From the NCBI GenBank assembly GCA_964035545.1, contig OZ037770.1:12328642-12392641 (forward strand): a stretch of DNA of 64,000 nt. Direction: 5' to 3'. A program made the position numbers and the translations under genes. This stretch comes from Bugula neritina (taxonomy: Eukaryota > Animalia > Bryozoa). The notes beneath the pieces are model-generated. The model saw only the letters and a list, made by a program, of their open reading frames with translations. It made no database searches and was not told where the DNA came from. Of the stretch, positions 52,132 through 64,000 are shown piece by piece. The number at the start of each line of letters is the position of its first letter. Within the stretch, counting starts at the first letter, position 1.

Positions 52132-55100
52132 CTATCTAGGGCACATTACGTTTCGTCCTCCATCTACAGGAAGTTGCATACCAGTGGTGAAACTTGAGTC
52201 GCTGCTGGCCAGAAAAGCGATGGCTTTAGCAGCTTCATCTGCCTGACCAACTCTGCCCAAGGCGTGAGTTTCCTTCCCTTTTTGTAAAAACTGGAAAAAT
52301 GGAATCATTAAAATTTTTATCTCACATTGTGACAAGTGATGAGTAAAAGATGGCCAGGATTGGCATGGCAAAGCTACATTCTATAAAATTAAAACAAGTA
52401 GATAACATAAACAAAACAAAACACATGATTAAAAGTAGCTAATGGCTAATAGATTATTTTTCCATGCCTCTTAATTATAATTAAGAATTGTACTCTCTTG
52501 GCAGGTAAGGCTTTCAATTTAATCATTTAGAACTGGCTCATATAACATCTGAAAAGTTAACTGCTATATAAAAATCAAACTATGTAATAAAATTGTCATT
52601 CTAGGTAATATATATTTTAGCAGTAGCACACATATCTGCTTATTGAACAATATTACAAGGCCAACTAGGATATAAGTCCCATTAATCATTTGATGTGAAG
52701 CTTGTCAACCCACCACCCTGGTTAGTTGGCTAATCTCAGGTTAGTTGGCACATGTTGATTTAAGTCAATATCATGCTAAGTCTAATCAATAAAAAATGAT
52801 AGTTGGAGCACGTATTTGCCAGTCATGTATATAAGGCTTCATTCAATGGATTAGTTGCATTATCATGTTACAGTAATCATATTTTTTACAGTTTGTAGTA
52901 CATTAATTTTCAAAAGCTTCACAGTTATACAATTTCGTAATTTTGCAAAAACCATATTGACTCAGCAGTTTTACAATTTCATAACATTGCAAAAATGCTT
53001 TGACTAAACAATTTTGCAATTTCATGGCTTTGCAAAAAAACTTATTATCTGACTGAGCGGTGATAAAATTGACAATCCAGCAACTAGTTCAGCTACTTGT
53101 AAACCACAAAAACATTGATTTTGTTTTTATTTAAGATTTCTGCTTCGTGTTATACATAAATAACATAAAAATAGATTGGGTTGCAACTCACAAACAGTAA
53201 TAGGTGCAATTTTACAGCTCTTATAACAACAATTGTATAGACTAGAATACAATTGCAGATGTTGACACAAACAGCATCAATAGTTATATTTTCTGTAAAA
53301 TGGGTGGTGGAGAAATAGATTAAATGCTGGTGAGATATTTCAAAAATATTAAATAAAAAGATGCCTGCCTAATCAATATAAATAATATAATTGTGTATGA
53401 GTCAGCCTCTGCTCCTCTTGGTACAACTTATATTTTTGAAGATCCCACTTTTGAGCAAAAGCTTGAAACTATGTAAAGTGGTAAAGCATCATAGCCCAAA
53501 ACTTTAGTACTAAAACTGCAATATATAACTTCCAGAACATACAAATATACAACTAACTATAAAACGTTACATATATGTATATGTAATCTAATAACTTACA
53601 GCAGCATACTGTTCTTCAGTTTGGCCTCCCCGCTTATGAAGGTCAGTCACAATAACTCCTGGGCTACAACACAGACAGGAAATGGTGAAATATGTGCAGA
53701 CAAGCGCTTATTGATAAATACTACACAAATAGATCCTTACAATAACTTTCTTGACAAAACTTTAAGAAAAAAAACTATCTTGTTGAACAAGAGCTTCATC
53801 AGAGTTTGAAATTGATAGCACCGGATTTTGGGACAAAACTTAGGCTATTAACTTGTCTACTGGTATGTAAGACCACCCCCCCTCCCTGTAATGTGGCAAG
53901 AGACTAGAAACTAGTTCCAATGAATCAATGCAACATTGCATTGCATAATGAGGCATTCCGTATTGTCACACTAAGAACAACATTGTTTTCAATTTGTTGT
54001 TTGAAGTTATCAATTAAAAGGCCAACATACTTCCTTTTATGGAAATACCAGAGGCAAGTACCTTCGCTCTGAATTTAAAAAAAATGGCAAAAGAAACTCT
54101 AAGCTCTTTTGTAGCTCCAGTTTGCTGCGTTGAAATAAATGTCAGAAAGTCAAAAACTCACTTAATACAATTCACTCTGACTTGCTTAGGAGCTAAATCC
54201 AAGGCTACACATCGAGTGAATTGGTCTATAGCTGCTTTGGACATGCAGTACGATAAAAGTCCCGGAAACTGCAAAAACATCAAATAGAAAAGATAGTGAA
54301 GGAAATGTAAAACTACCAGCATGATGATGTATGTTAGGTCTGCATTCACAAGTGGCACACAATTATGTAGCGGTGAGCTACATTTAAGCCCTTATATCAT
54401 CTTTTAAAGAAGGCCGACATGGCAGATAATACATTAAAACAAGCAATTTTTTTTTTAATTTTACTACTTTCAAAAGGTTCGATAAACACATAATGGTGAC
54501 CTAGAATAGACATAATTTGGCAGAAAGAACTTAGTTAAAGAATCCCTGACACACCTGATTTATGCGGTATTAAAATACGCAAATGTATCACAGGGCTGGA
54601 TGGAAATTTCAAAGTTAAATCTTTGAAGTCAGGTCAGTGATTAAACTGTGTGCTGCAGTAGCTAGGAATAGCACGAAATGAAAGTTGGCAATAGCTAAAT
54701 TAGTTTTATAATACCACAAACATCAAAGCCGAGTGGAAACCTTATCAGCAAGCACTCAGAAATTCCACACTAATTCAAGACATGTTTGCACAAATCTCAT
54801 TTTAAAACAAAATTGTTGAGCATACAACCCTAAAACAATCTATAGATGATAGCACGGATATATATATAAGTATTTCATTATTACATGAATGAAATGTAGC
54901 AGGGATTCTTTAAATGACTGCTCATAACTTACAGCTCTTAGCCCAGTAACGCTGGACACATTGACAATGGCTCCTTTAGTGGCTACCAGATGAGGTGTGG
55001 CCAGCATGGTTAAATGGTAAACACTCCTAACATTAATGTTCATCATCTCATCATACTGAGTGAGTGTAGTCGTCTCAATTGAGCCAGAACCTATTATACC

Positions 55101-55294
55101 AGCATTATTCACCTGAAAGATACAGAAGAGAAAAATTTTCAAAACAATCACATGGCAACCTCACAAATGAAATTAGTGCATCAAAACTTTTTTCTGTATG
55201 TTGTATAAATTTAGCTATTGGAATATTTAGTTTGCCCTTTGAAAAAACGATTACTCTCATGTGTTTAAAAGAGCTAACCAGTTTCGCCAGCAGT

Positions 55295-55378
<84 letters not shown>

Positions 55379-56127
55379 TTTTAAACCAAAAATACATTTA
55401 TCTACTCAGATATTTAGAAAAGCCATATAAACTTAATTTACCAGCACGTCCAGCTGTTTGTAGTGCTCAATGACTTTCTCTACTGTGCGCTTCACATCAT
55501 CTTCTATGGACAGATCTCCGGCTATGATAATGACATCACCAGCACCTGCGCACTGATTGGCTGTATCCTGTAAGATATAGACTAAGTAAGTATAGGATAC
55601 TATAGTAAACAGACATCATAGTATGAAGCACAATATTTAGTAAATAATATCACAGATAAACATTCTACCTGAAGGGCCGATTCATTTCTGCCACACAAGG
55701 CAAGTCGGGATCCAAGAGATGCGAAATGTATAGCAGTGGCTCTCCCAATTCCAGAGCTCGCTCCTATCAAATAAAATTAGCATATATCAGCAAAATTATA
55801 TGATTTCATAAATTTTTTTATAAGTTGCAAAAACAGATCTAATGTTATATTAAAATTTTGACTCATCACAGCCTAAATTTGGAAGATTGTTGTCTTCAAA
55901 CTCAAGCTATTTCTGGTGAAACCGTCTTTTTACTAAAGTACAATTTACATATTGCAAAATACAAAAATTTACAGAAATATTTCAACTTCATTGTCATATG
56001 ATAGCTTTGGAGTGGTGTTACAACTTCAGATATTAAATATTTGTACATATCTATTATTTGCATAACAAGCATCAAATCACACACCTGTTATCAGTACTAC
56101 TTTATCTTTTAGTGATGCAGCAGACAT
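52132..56127 (-). CDS. Classical short-chain dehydrogenase/reductase (FabG-like SDR), paralog 1, 257 aa, 7 exons
   Basis: Exons 56127-56085, 55763-55669, 55567-55442, 55112-54933, 54268-54162, 53663-53600, 52290-52132. TGASSGIG, VNNAG, NVSS, YCMSK (YxxxK), NPG, PVDGG; CGRN after beta-2 suggests NADP(H) preference. Confidence 0.95.
55297..55376. repeat. (AT)n microsatellite
   Basis: Direct reading. Confidence 0.99.
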
Positions 56128-56929
56128 CTTCTTGTAATTGAATCAGCACTGAAAAAGATAGATAAAGTCACTCAAAAGTAGTAAAAAATATATTGTATTT
56201 CAAAATAATGTGGTAACACAATATGATTTCAAATAGAAATCTAGTCACAATAGATTGAAGCAACATTCAAGAAGTTTAACTTTGTTAACTGAGAATTGAC
56301 TACACTCATTAGTTGAACTATAAAAGTTCACATATATTTGAGCTTTTAGTAAATGGTTAGACCCTCAGTTGTCTGATACTTTACTTCCCTTTTGGTGTGA
56401 AATAAAACAAACCAGATATGCCATAACAAAAGAAAAATAAAGCAATAAAAAATAGGAATTAATCCTTTGAAGTAAAATGATATTGATTGAAAGCAGAATA
56501 ATCTAACTTGAAGTTAATGATTACATTAAATTAGCAAGGTAACAGTAATACTACCAGTAGTACACAGCTACACTGAGTTTCACTTTTAATGAGTCTTGGA
56601 GCTAAACACGAGGCTAAATAAAGTGGACGAAAGTTAAAAGATATAGAATTCACAATGGTGAGCAAAGAATCACAGACTGACAGTGAGACATACTTCAAAT
56701 GCTCAACAATCAATAAAAAAAACAAATTGCGAATAAAAATAATAATTATACTATCAACTATAAAGTATAAGAATAAATGTAAGCTTTTGAATTAAAAATA
56801 GAACATTCTTTAATCATAATGATAATGATAATCAGCTTAGTTCGTGCAAGCAGCATAGTTTCACTTTCCAGACTGACACACCGTCATAGTTGTGGCTATG
56901 TTGCTGGTGTGAAACTGATTTGCAACAAT

Positions 56930-57060
56930 TATTGCATGAACCTTTGATCAAAAGGTTAAAGGGCAGGTGGGAAAAATCACTGAGCTGGAAAAAAAACATT
57001 TTGAGTTCAGTGGGAAAAATGTAACTGAAACCTTATTTTTTGATTGTGGGCGTGGAGTTT
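56930..57060. promoter_or_regulatory. Candidate shared regulatory module between the divergent SDR genes
   Basis: CTTTGAT, DR1-like AGGTTAAAGGGCA, two GTGGGAA sites (56967, 57010) and GC-box-like GGGCGTGG within ~130 bp. Confidence 0.35.
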
Positions 57061-57419
57061 TAATTGCGTCTAGAGTTCTATCCTAATTATTATAACACTT
57101 TCGTTCGTGCGGTTAGTTAGGCCGTCTCAATCATTGACTAGTATTTTTTGAACCCTTATTACTCGGCTATAGCGGAGGAATTTAGTACTTTTCTTCTCCA
57201 CATCTTGAAGTTCATCTTGATCTATTACATTTACTAGTGAATAGAAAACTTTAGCTTCTATGCATATATTATATTCATTTGTTGCACTCATCAGGTTGTC
57301 AATGAGTATTGAGTATGTTGTAAAAAAGAGGGCGCATTGTAAAATTATAAATAACATAACTCAATCTCGTACTTAATAATAATTAGAAATAGATGATTAC
57401 TTAATCTTATTTTTAAATA

Positions 57420-57960
57420 TAATTATAATTATTACTATTAGTATTAGTATTACTATTACTATTAGTATTACTATTAGTATTACTATTAGTATTACTATTA
57501 GTGTTAGTATTAGTATTAGTATTAGTTATTACTTGTGATTGTTAGTTGAACTTAATAACCTCAAGGTCAAAGATTCAAGTATCGCATTTAGTTTTACTAT
57601 TACTATTAGTTGAACTTGATGACTAAGAGTAAGAGTAAGTCAGTTAGTAAGTGTAAGACTAATTACTAATGAGTGTAACTGCTAACTATAATTATAAGTA
57701 TAAGAATAAGATTAAGATAGACGTTAATTTTTTACGTATACTCATGCTTCATAGTCATATTCATACTCGTAGTGATATCATTTAATGCCATAGTAAAACT
57801 CATACTGATACTGATGCTTCAACTTAATGCAAGTGTTATACATTTACACTTAGAGTATTACTATTAGTATGTGTATCTCACTATCTGTATACTCATGCTG
57901 CATATTTATAGTCATAGTGATACTCTGATATTCATACTCATGCTCGTGCTAAATATTTTA
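57420..57960. repeat. Hexamer-periodic low-complexity tract (TATTAG/AGTAAG/CATACT)
   Basis: Direct reading; a similar tract lies at ~47730-47930. Confidence 0.7.
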
Positions 57961-59930
57961 ATTCAGCACAATCTACAATAGACACGGTGATGGTATTTGT
58001 TGTTCACCAACTCATGGAGAAATCTGGTTAGCAGATAAGACCAATCTTCTTAGCTTATGTAGACTTTACAAAAGTGTTCAAACTCGTAGATCAAAAGGCT
58101 CTGTTTATGTTACTGCTCAAAGCTGATTTTTTTCTAACCCCACTTCTTTTGATTAAGTCGTTTTTGATGTCATGGTGGCAGGTTTGTCAAAGTCCAGTAT
58201 GAAGGTGATTTGTCCCGTGATTTGTTCGAAGCAAATCCTATTAGGAAAAATGTTAAGCAAGATGTGTTTTAGCCCTTGCACTTATGGCATATATTTTTCA
58301 AATATAACATAGATGCAAGCATATCAACATAGATGCAAGCACTGATGGTATATAATGTTATAAGTTGTTACCTTATTACCTTAATTTTGAGTTCTTGTAA
58401 ATTTACTGACTCCTCTGATTCTAACACGTACACCTAGGTTGCTATGTTGTCCACTGCTTTTTCTAGTATGCTTTTGGTAAAGATGCAGAATTCCTGCTGG
58501 TTAACTCGTATCAGCTTCTTAGAGATAGGCTGTTGTATGGGTAGGCGTCAATCTAGTGAGGGGTGTGTCTTGCAGCAACGTCTGCTGAAGACATCTGCTG
58601 ATCTCTATGGTGACATGTGGCAAAATCTGTTGAGTCAGCAAAGTAATCCGGGAAGATTATGGTTACATATTTATAGATGTAATTGCCTGTTGTGCACACA
58701 TATATATAGTATACCTTTCCATCAAGTTGTCACTTCCGTTTCCCGCAGAAGGATTACTGCATACTTTGACACTTCTGCTAATCCTAGATACATCAAATTA
58801 TGATGTGTCTAGGATTAGACAACATTGTGCAGGTGTGCAGTAATTAATCTGTTGGAAATATGAAAATGACAAATTAAATAGAAAAGCATATCCTTGATTC
58901 TTAAAGTAAGGTACAACAGGATGAGAAATTGGTGGATTGATTCTACAATCATATACAATGAGTTTATAATAATATTACCTCATTGTCCCCTGCATTTTAC
59001 CTTAGCACAGCATTACATAGTATTGTGGTAATGTAAACTACTCCTTGAAATTTATATCTCAGCTCTGTAACTAGTTAGCTATCTGGTTTTCATAGTTGAA
59101 ACCTCTCAGTGAAAATTTGTTGTACACTATTGGAATTATAACTCTGTTTAAAGAAATTAATAATAGAAAATGTTAGCTTTAATTTGATTTTTAGTATAAT
59201 TTTTATATATTTATTTATTCATGTATGTTGTTTTTATGTTAACATGGAATTTGGTAGAAAACAGCTTCAATTTTATTATAAAAAATTTTTTTGCGTTTCA
59301 TTATTTTGCTGTGTATTTGTATTGCATCTTTGTTGTGCTTCTAGCTAGATTTTCTAGTCATGAACATAATTGATAATGCCTATAGCAATCATATATCTAA
59401 ACTCTTAATAAACCACCTCCCTAAACCAGCCATATCAGTTTAGCATCTTGGATTGAAGGCAGTAGTCTGTTACTGCTAATAAAGCTAATGATAATCACTT
59501 TCCTCAGCAAAATGATTATAATTCATTTTTATGAATTAGCCATCAGCATGATATGGTCGTAATCAGCTTGCTATCATTATTATGTTATTTATACTAAATA
59601 TAGATGTTTTGAGTTGACCTAGTGTGATACATTAGATGTAATGGCGTATATGGTATTGTTGTTTAGCTTTTTTTAAAAGTTGGACCTGCTAGATTTTTTC
59701 AGACTTTTATTCATAAGTCCTCCTTTCTAAAACTTGCCAGTTATATTATTTCATGGTGTTATCAAATTTGATACTCGAACTGTTACTACAACTACTTATC
59801 AAATAACTGATATGCTATAGATGGTGGGTTTCATTGTTTGTAAGTGGCTTTTTAAAATTAAATTTTTTTTAGGCTCCATATTAGGCAGAAGTTGTGTTCA
59901 CCCTGATTGTCATTTCAGTGTGGATTAAGA

Positions 59931-62600
59931 ATGGCTTCATCTTCATTAAATGGCAAAGTTACTTTGATAACTGGTCAGTTACAATAAAGGTTTCCTGTTG
60001 GTTCACAATAATGTGTTTTCCCATTAACTCTAGTGCAACCATGATTGTTCCAATGTGGCTTTTGTGCTTTCCAATATCTAATATATATTTTAATTAATGC
60101 TGTCTGCTTATTTTCTAGTGCTCTTGTGGCAGAAGTATTATATTTCAGTTTGTGTTGAACAGGAGCAAGCTCTGGAATTGGAAGAGCCACTGCTATACAT
60201 TTTGCATCTCTTGGGTCCCGGCTTGCCTTGTGTGGCAGAAATGAATCGGCCCTTCAGGTAGAATGTTTATCTGTGATATTATTTACTAAATACTGTGCTT
60301 CATACTATGATGTCTGTTTACTGTGGTGTCCTCTACTTAGTATATATCTTACAGGATACAGCCAATCAGTGCGCAGGTGCTGGTGATGTCATCACCATAG
60401 CCGGAGATCTGTCCATAGAAGATGACGTGAAGCAAACAGTAGAGAAAGTCATTGAGCACTACAAACAACTGGATGTTCTGGTAAAACTAAGTCTATACAC
60501 CTTTTCTGGTTGTCTGAGTAAAAAAAATGTGATTTTTGTTTAAAATTTAGATACAAAGATCAATAGATATGTATATACACACATGTATACATAATATTAT
60601 AATGCAATTATATAGATATACCTTTGAAACTTTTGTAAGCACATGAGAATAATTTTTTTCAAAAGTAAACTAAATATTCCACTAGTTAAACTTATTGAGC
60701 TTGTAGAAACCATCTCGAATACAGTTATCTTTAGTTGTATTGTTAAAATATGGCTCCTTTAAAAAAAAGTTTTTCACCTTCTTGTTCCAGGTGATTACAT
60801 GTCTTTTCAGTTGTAAAGTACACATTTTCACGGTTTTTGTTTGTTTGTTGCTCTAAGCTTTCATGGATTCAATTTTTTGTCCTTTGGCTGTTAAGGTAAA
60901 CAATGCTGGTATTGTTCAATCTGGTTCAATTGAGACAACCACACTCACTCAGTATGATGAAGTAATGAACATCAATGTTAGGAGTGTTTACCATTTAACC
61001 ATGCTGGCCACACCTCATCTGATAGCCACTAAAGGGGCCATTGTCAATGTGTCCAGTATCACTGGGCCAAGGGCTGTAAGTGTTTGATGCATATTTTCTG
61101 TTTGTTTCATTTCTCTTGTTTTCAAAATAAGTTGTTGCCTGAAATCTATACAAACATTTTTGATGAATGTTATTATGCTGTATTGTGTTCCTTTTCATTA
61201 TTCTGATACAATAATCTCTCAACTTTATAATATGACATGAGTTATCAGCACGTGGAAAAGCACTGTGTGACTAAGTAACAACGATTTTCTTTGTAATACT
61301 TGACTTCTCTTTCAGTTTCCCGGAATTTTGTCGTATTGCATGTCCAAAGCGGCTATAGACCAATTCACTAGATGTGTAGCCTTGGATCTAGCTCCTAAAC
61401 AAGTCAGAGTGAACAGTGTTAAGTAAGAGTCCTTCTTAATTTGGGTTCAAGTTACTTCCATTTTTTCTTTAGCCAAAACAAAGCCTTTCTATTTCAATAA
61501 CAATGATGTTGTTTTCCTATAAGGGGTTGATAATTTATATGTATATTGTAACTGAGATTTATTTTACTATAATTTTTGGTTAATACCTACTTAAAAAAAT
61601 TGATGGTAATTAGTTGAAGTTTATGAAAATGCATTTTTTTAAACTAAGACATGTTTTATCTGCAGCCCTGGTGTTATTAAGACGGAAATTCACAAGAGGG
61701 GAGGTCAAACTGACGAGCAATATGAGAAGGTGAATATAATATTTTATATTATTAGATTTATGGGATAGAATTCTTTTACCTTTCTTTACGACTTGGGTAT
61801 TATGGTGTGTATTGTCAATACATGCATGCTAAGTTTAATATTTAATTTTTCTCACGGTTGTAGCTTTAAAAAAATGTCAGACTATAGGATGTATGCATTT
61901 CATTTCATAGGCTAATAAATAAGTGTGACTTATTAACTGTTATATCTGAAAAGGAGGGCACCAAAATTGCAATAAACTCAGCCAATAATCAATCTACTCA
62001 TTGTATTACATGTTTCAATTGCCTGCAACAACTAATTCAAATATCACAGCTAGTAAAAAGTAAATATCACCAGGTGAATCTCTGCCACTTGATTATTTCT
62101 CATTAAATTAACTGTTGACACTTTTTTAAACTGGTAATTGACACCTTCTAACCTAGTAGTTGACACTTAGTCATCTGGTAGTTAACACTTTGTCACATGG
62201 TAGTTGACACCTTGTCACAGGGGGGTCTGATAGTTGACACCTTGTCACCTGGTAGCTGACACTTTGTCACCTAGTTGTTGACACCTTGTCACCTAGTAGT
62301 TAACACTTGAAACACTGAACGAAATCTTTCCATCTGTACAGCAGTGTAAGTTATATTCCAATCTGATTGCAAGTCACACTGCAATCTTCTTTGTTCATTT
62401 ACACCATGACTTAGCTTTATGTGTTTGTTTTGCTGTTGTAGTTTCTGGAACGTAGCAAGACCACCCACGCTCTTGGCAGAGTTGGAGAGGCGGAAGAAGT
62501 TGCTAAGGCTATAGCCTTTCTTGCAAGCAGCGATTCAAGTTTTACTACTGGAATGCAGCTGCCAATTGATGGCGGGCGGGGTGTCATGTGCCCGAGATAG
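59931..62600 (+). CDS. Classical short-chain dehydrogenase/reductase (FabG-like SDR), paralog 2, 257 aa, 7 exons
   Basis: Exons 59931-59973, 60163-60257, 60355-60480, 60896-61075, 61316-61422, 61666-61729, 62442-62600; exon lengths identical to paralog 1 and same catalytic motifs. Confidence 0.95.
62130..62310. repeat. 21-bp minisatellite (GTTGACACCTTGTCACCTGGTA-like)
   Basis: ~8 degenerate units in SDR paralog 2 intron 6. Confidence 0.85.
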
Positions 62601-64000
62601 CCGTTTCTATAGGAACTCAGGTTATTTGGTTGAAAGTAAGCAATGTAGTTTTTCTTCTTACTATCGAATTATTGTTCATCTTAGCTAAAGTTATTCTGAG
62701 TGAGAGGATTGTTAGTGTTACTGTTTATACCTACATGATGCATTTAACTGTAATATATGTTTATATTACTGTAATATATGCATGTCTCACTGTAATATAT
62801 GTTATATTATTGTATTATAATTATATGCATATCTTACTTTAATATATGTTATATTATGGCAATATATGTTTCAATATATGTTATAATCATTGAAATGAAA
62901 CTATATATAATGTGTATAGGGGTTATAGTTCAATGGTTATAACTTATAATACTACAAAACATGGTTATATTGCAACAGTATATGTTTAATTGTCTATTAT
63001 ATTATATGTTCTGCATCTTTAATCCCAATTTTGTTAAATAAATATTTGAATAATTGTAAAAAACTATGTTCTTGCATTCTCAATGTAAAATTTATCTCTG
63101 AAATCCATACTTTAAAATTTAAATATCAATTGCATGATGATAAAATTATTATAGATAATATTATAAACATTCATCTATGACTCAGACTCTTAGGACTTGC
63201 AAAAAATGCTTGATTTGATTATCCTTTGTAGTATATTTAACATGTATCATTTCCCTTTCTGAATTTATGTAAAATATATTTTGTAATGGAATATATACAA
63301 TAATATATACAATATCGCTACATACAACCAATAATTAATAGGAGTTTGTTTACTATATTCATTGCTCTGGCGGTTATTTTTTTAATTCTGGCACCAACAA
63401 GCAATTCTTAGATGAATGTGTAATATGGCTAACACCCAGTGTAATATTCTACTTAGAATTTACAAGTCTTGTAAAGATTAGCAAACAACTCTACTTTTAA
63501 ACAATATAATTACTAGATTTTCTCTAAATTGAGCTGTTGTGACTTTATAGTTTATTGTTATCGAAAAGACAGTGTAGAATATACTGCATTATTTCATACC
63601 TGCACTAGCAGGTAAATGTCGTAATTGATCACAAACTTACAAAGGCGACATCATGCAATACCATAAACAATTAGCACTCTAAAGCTGTGTATTCACTAAA
63701 GTCTAGTCAGTTCAAAGGTTCCCAGCTTTCAATAGAGACAGCTTCACCCTTTCACTATTAGCTCAAAGCTAATTCTTGTGGTTTATACACTTTTGCTATG
63801 CCACATTCTTCATAGGATGAAGCCCTTTATCTAACATAAAATGAATGAATATTATATAACAAAGAGATTTGTGAACTAAGTAAAGGAATTAGGCTCTAAG
63901 TTCTTTTCAAAACAGCAGCAGTTCTGGTTCAATCAGCATAGGCACTAACACGCAGGACTGTAGTAACAAATATAGCAAGTCTTTACCCTAAACTGGCTTA

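Noticed and set aside
56658-56680. miR-87-like start GTGAGCAAAG (also miR-216-like TAATCTCAGC near 1564)
   Set aside because: Only ~10 nt match and no precursor hairpin seen.
58778-58790. Telomerase RNA template
   Set aside because: CTAATCCTAG does not match a CTAACCCTAA-type template and lies within a stem.
58444-58803. 119-aa ORF
   Set aside because: No recognisable motif or splice links; better explained as a by-product of locally higher GC.

Overview
AT-rich, intron-containing animal genomic DNA (invertebrate, probably lophotrochozoan; this is inference, not identification). It is not prokaryotic. I spliced seven multi-exon genes by hand and checked intron phases: (1) a + strand Golgi type-II WSC-domain/CHST-type 6-O-sulfotransferase (2198-9852); (2) a - strand single-pass receptor with a divergent SUEL/Gal-lectin-like ectodomain and a ~425-aa tail carrying ITIM-like motifs (11481-24635); (3) a + strand secreted PAN/apple + F-type lectin (29875-32481); (4) a - strand DBHS (NONO/SFPQ/nonA-like) RNA-binding protein (38452-46948); (5) a + strand uncharacterised coiled-coil protein head-to-head with gene 4 (49206-51099); (6,7) an inverted pair of classical SDR paralogs with signs of local gene conversion (52132-56127 -, 59931-62600 +). 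Also present: a tRNA-derived SINE family with target-site duplications, tRNA-like relics, MITEs, many micro/minisatellites and a diverged duplication tying the window start to 10.3 and 13.1 kb. Best leads: the glycan writer/reader cluster (sulfotransferase, ITIM lectin receptor, fucolectin) and several non-coding islands that appear to fold on the + strand. The folding was judged by eye only and needs statistical testing.
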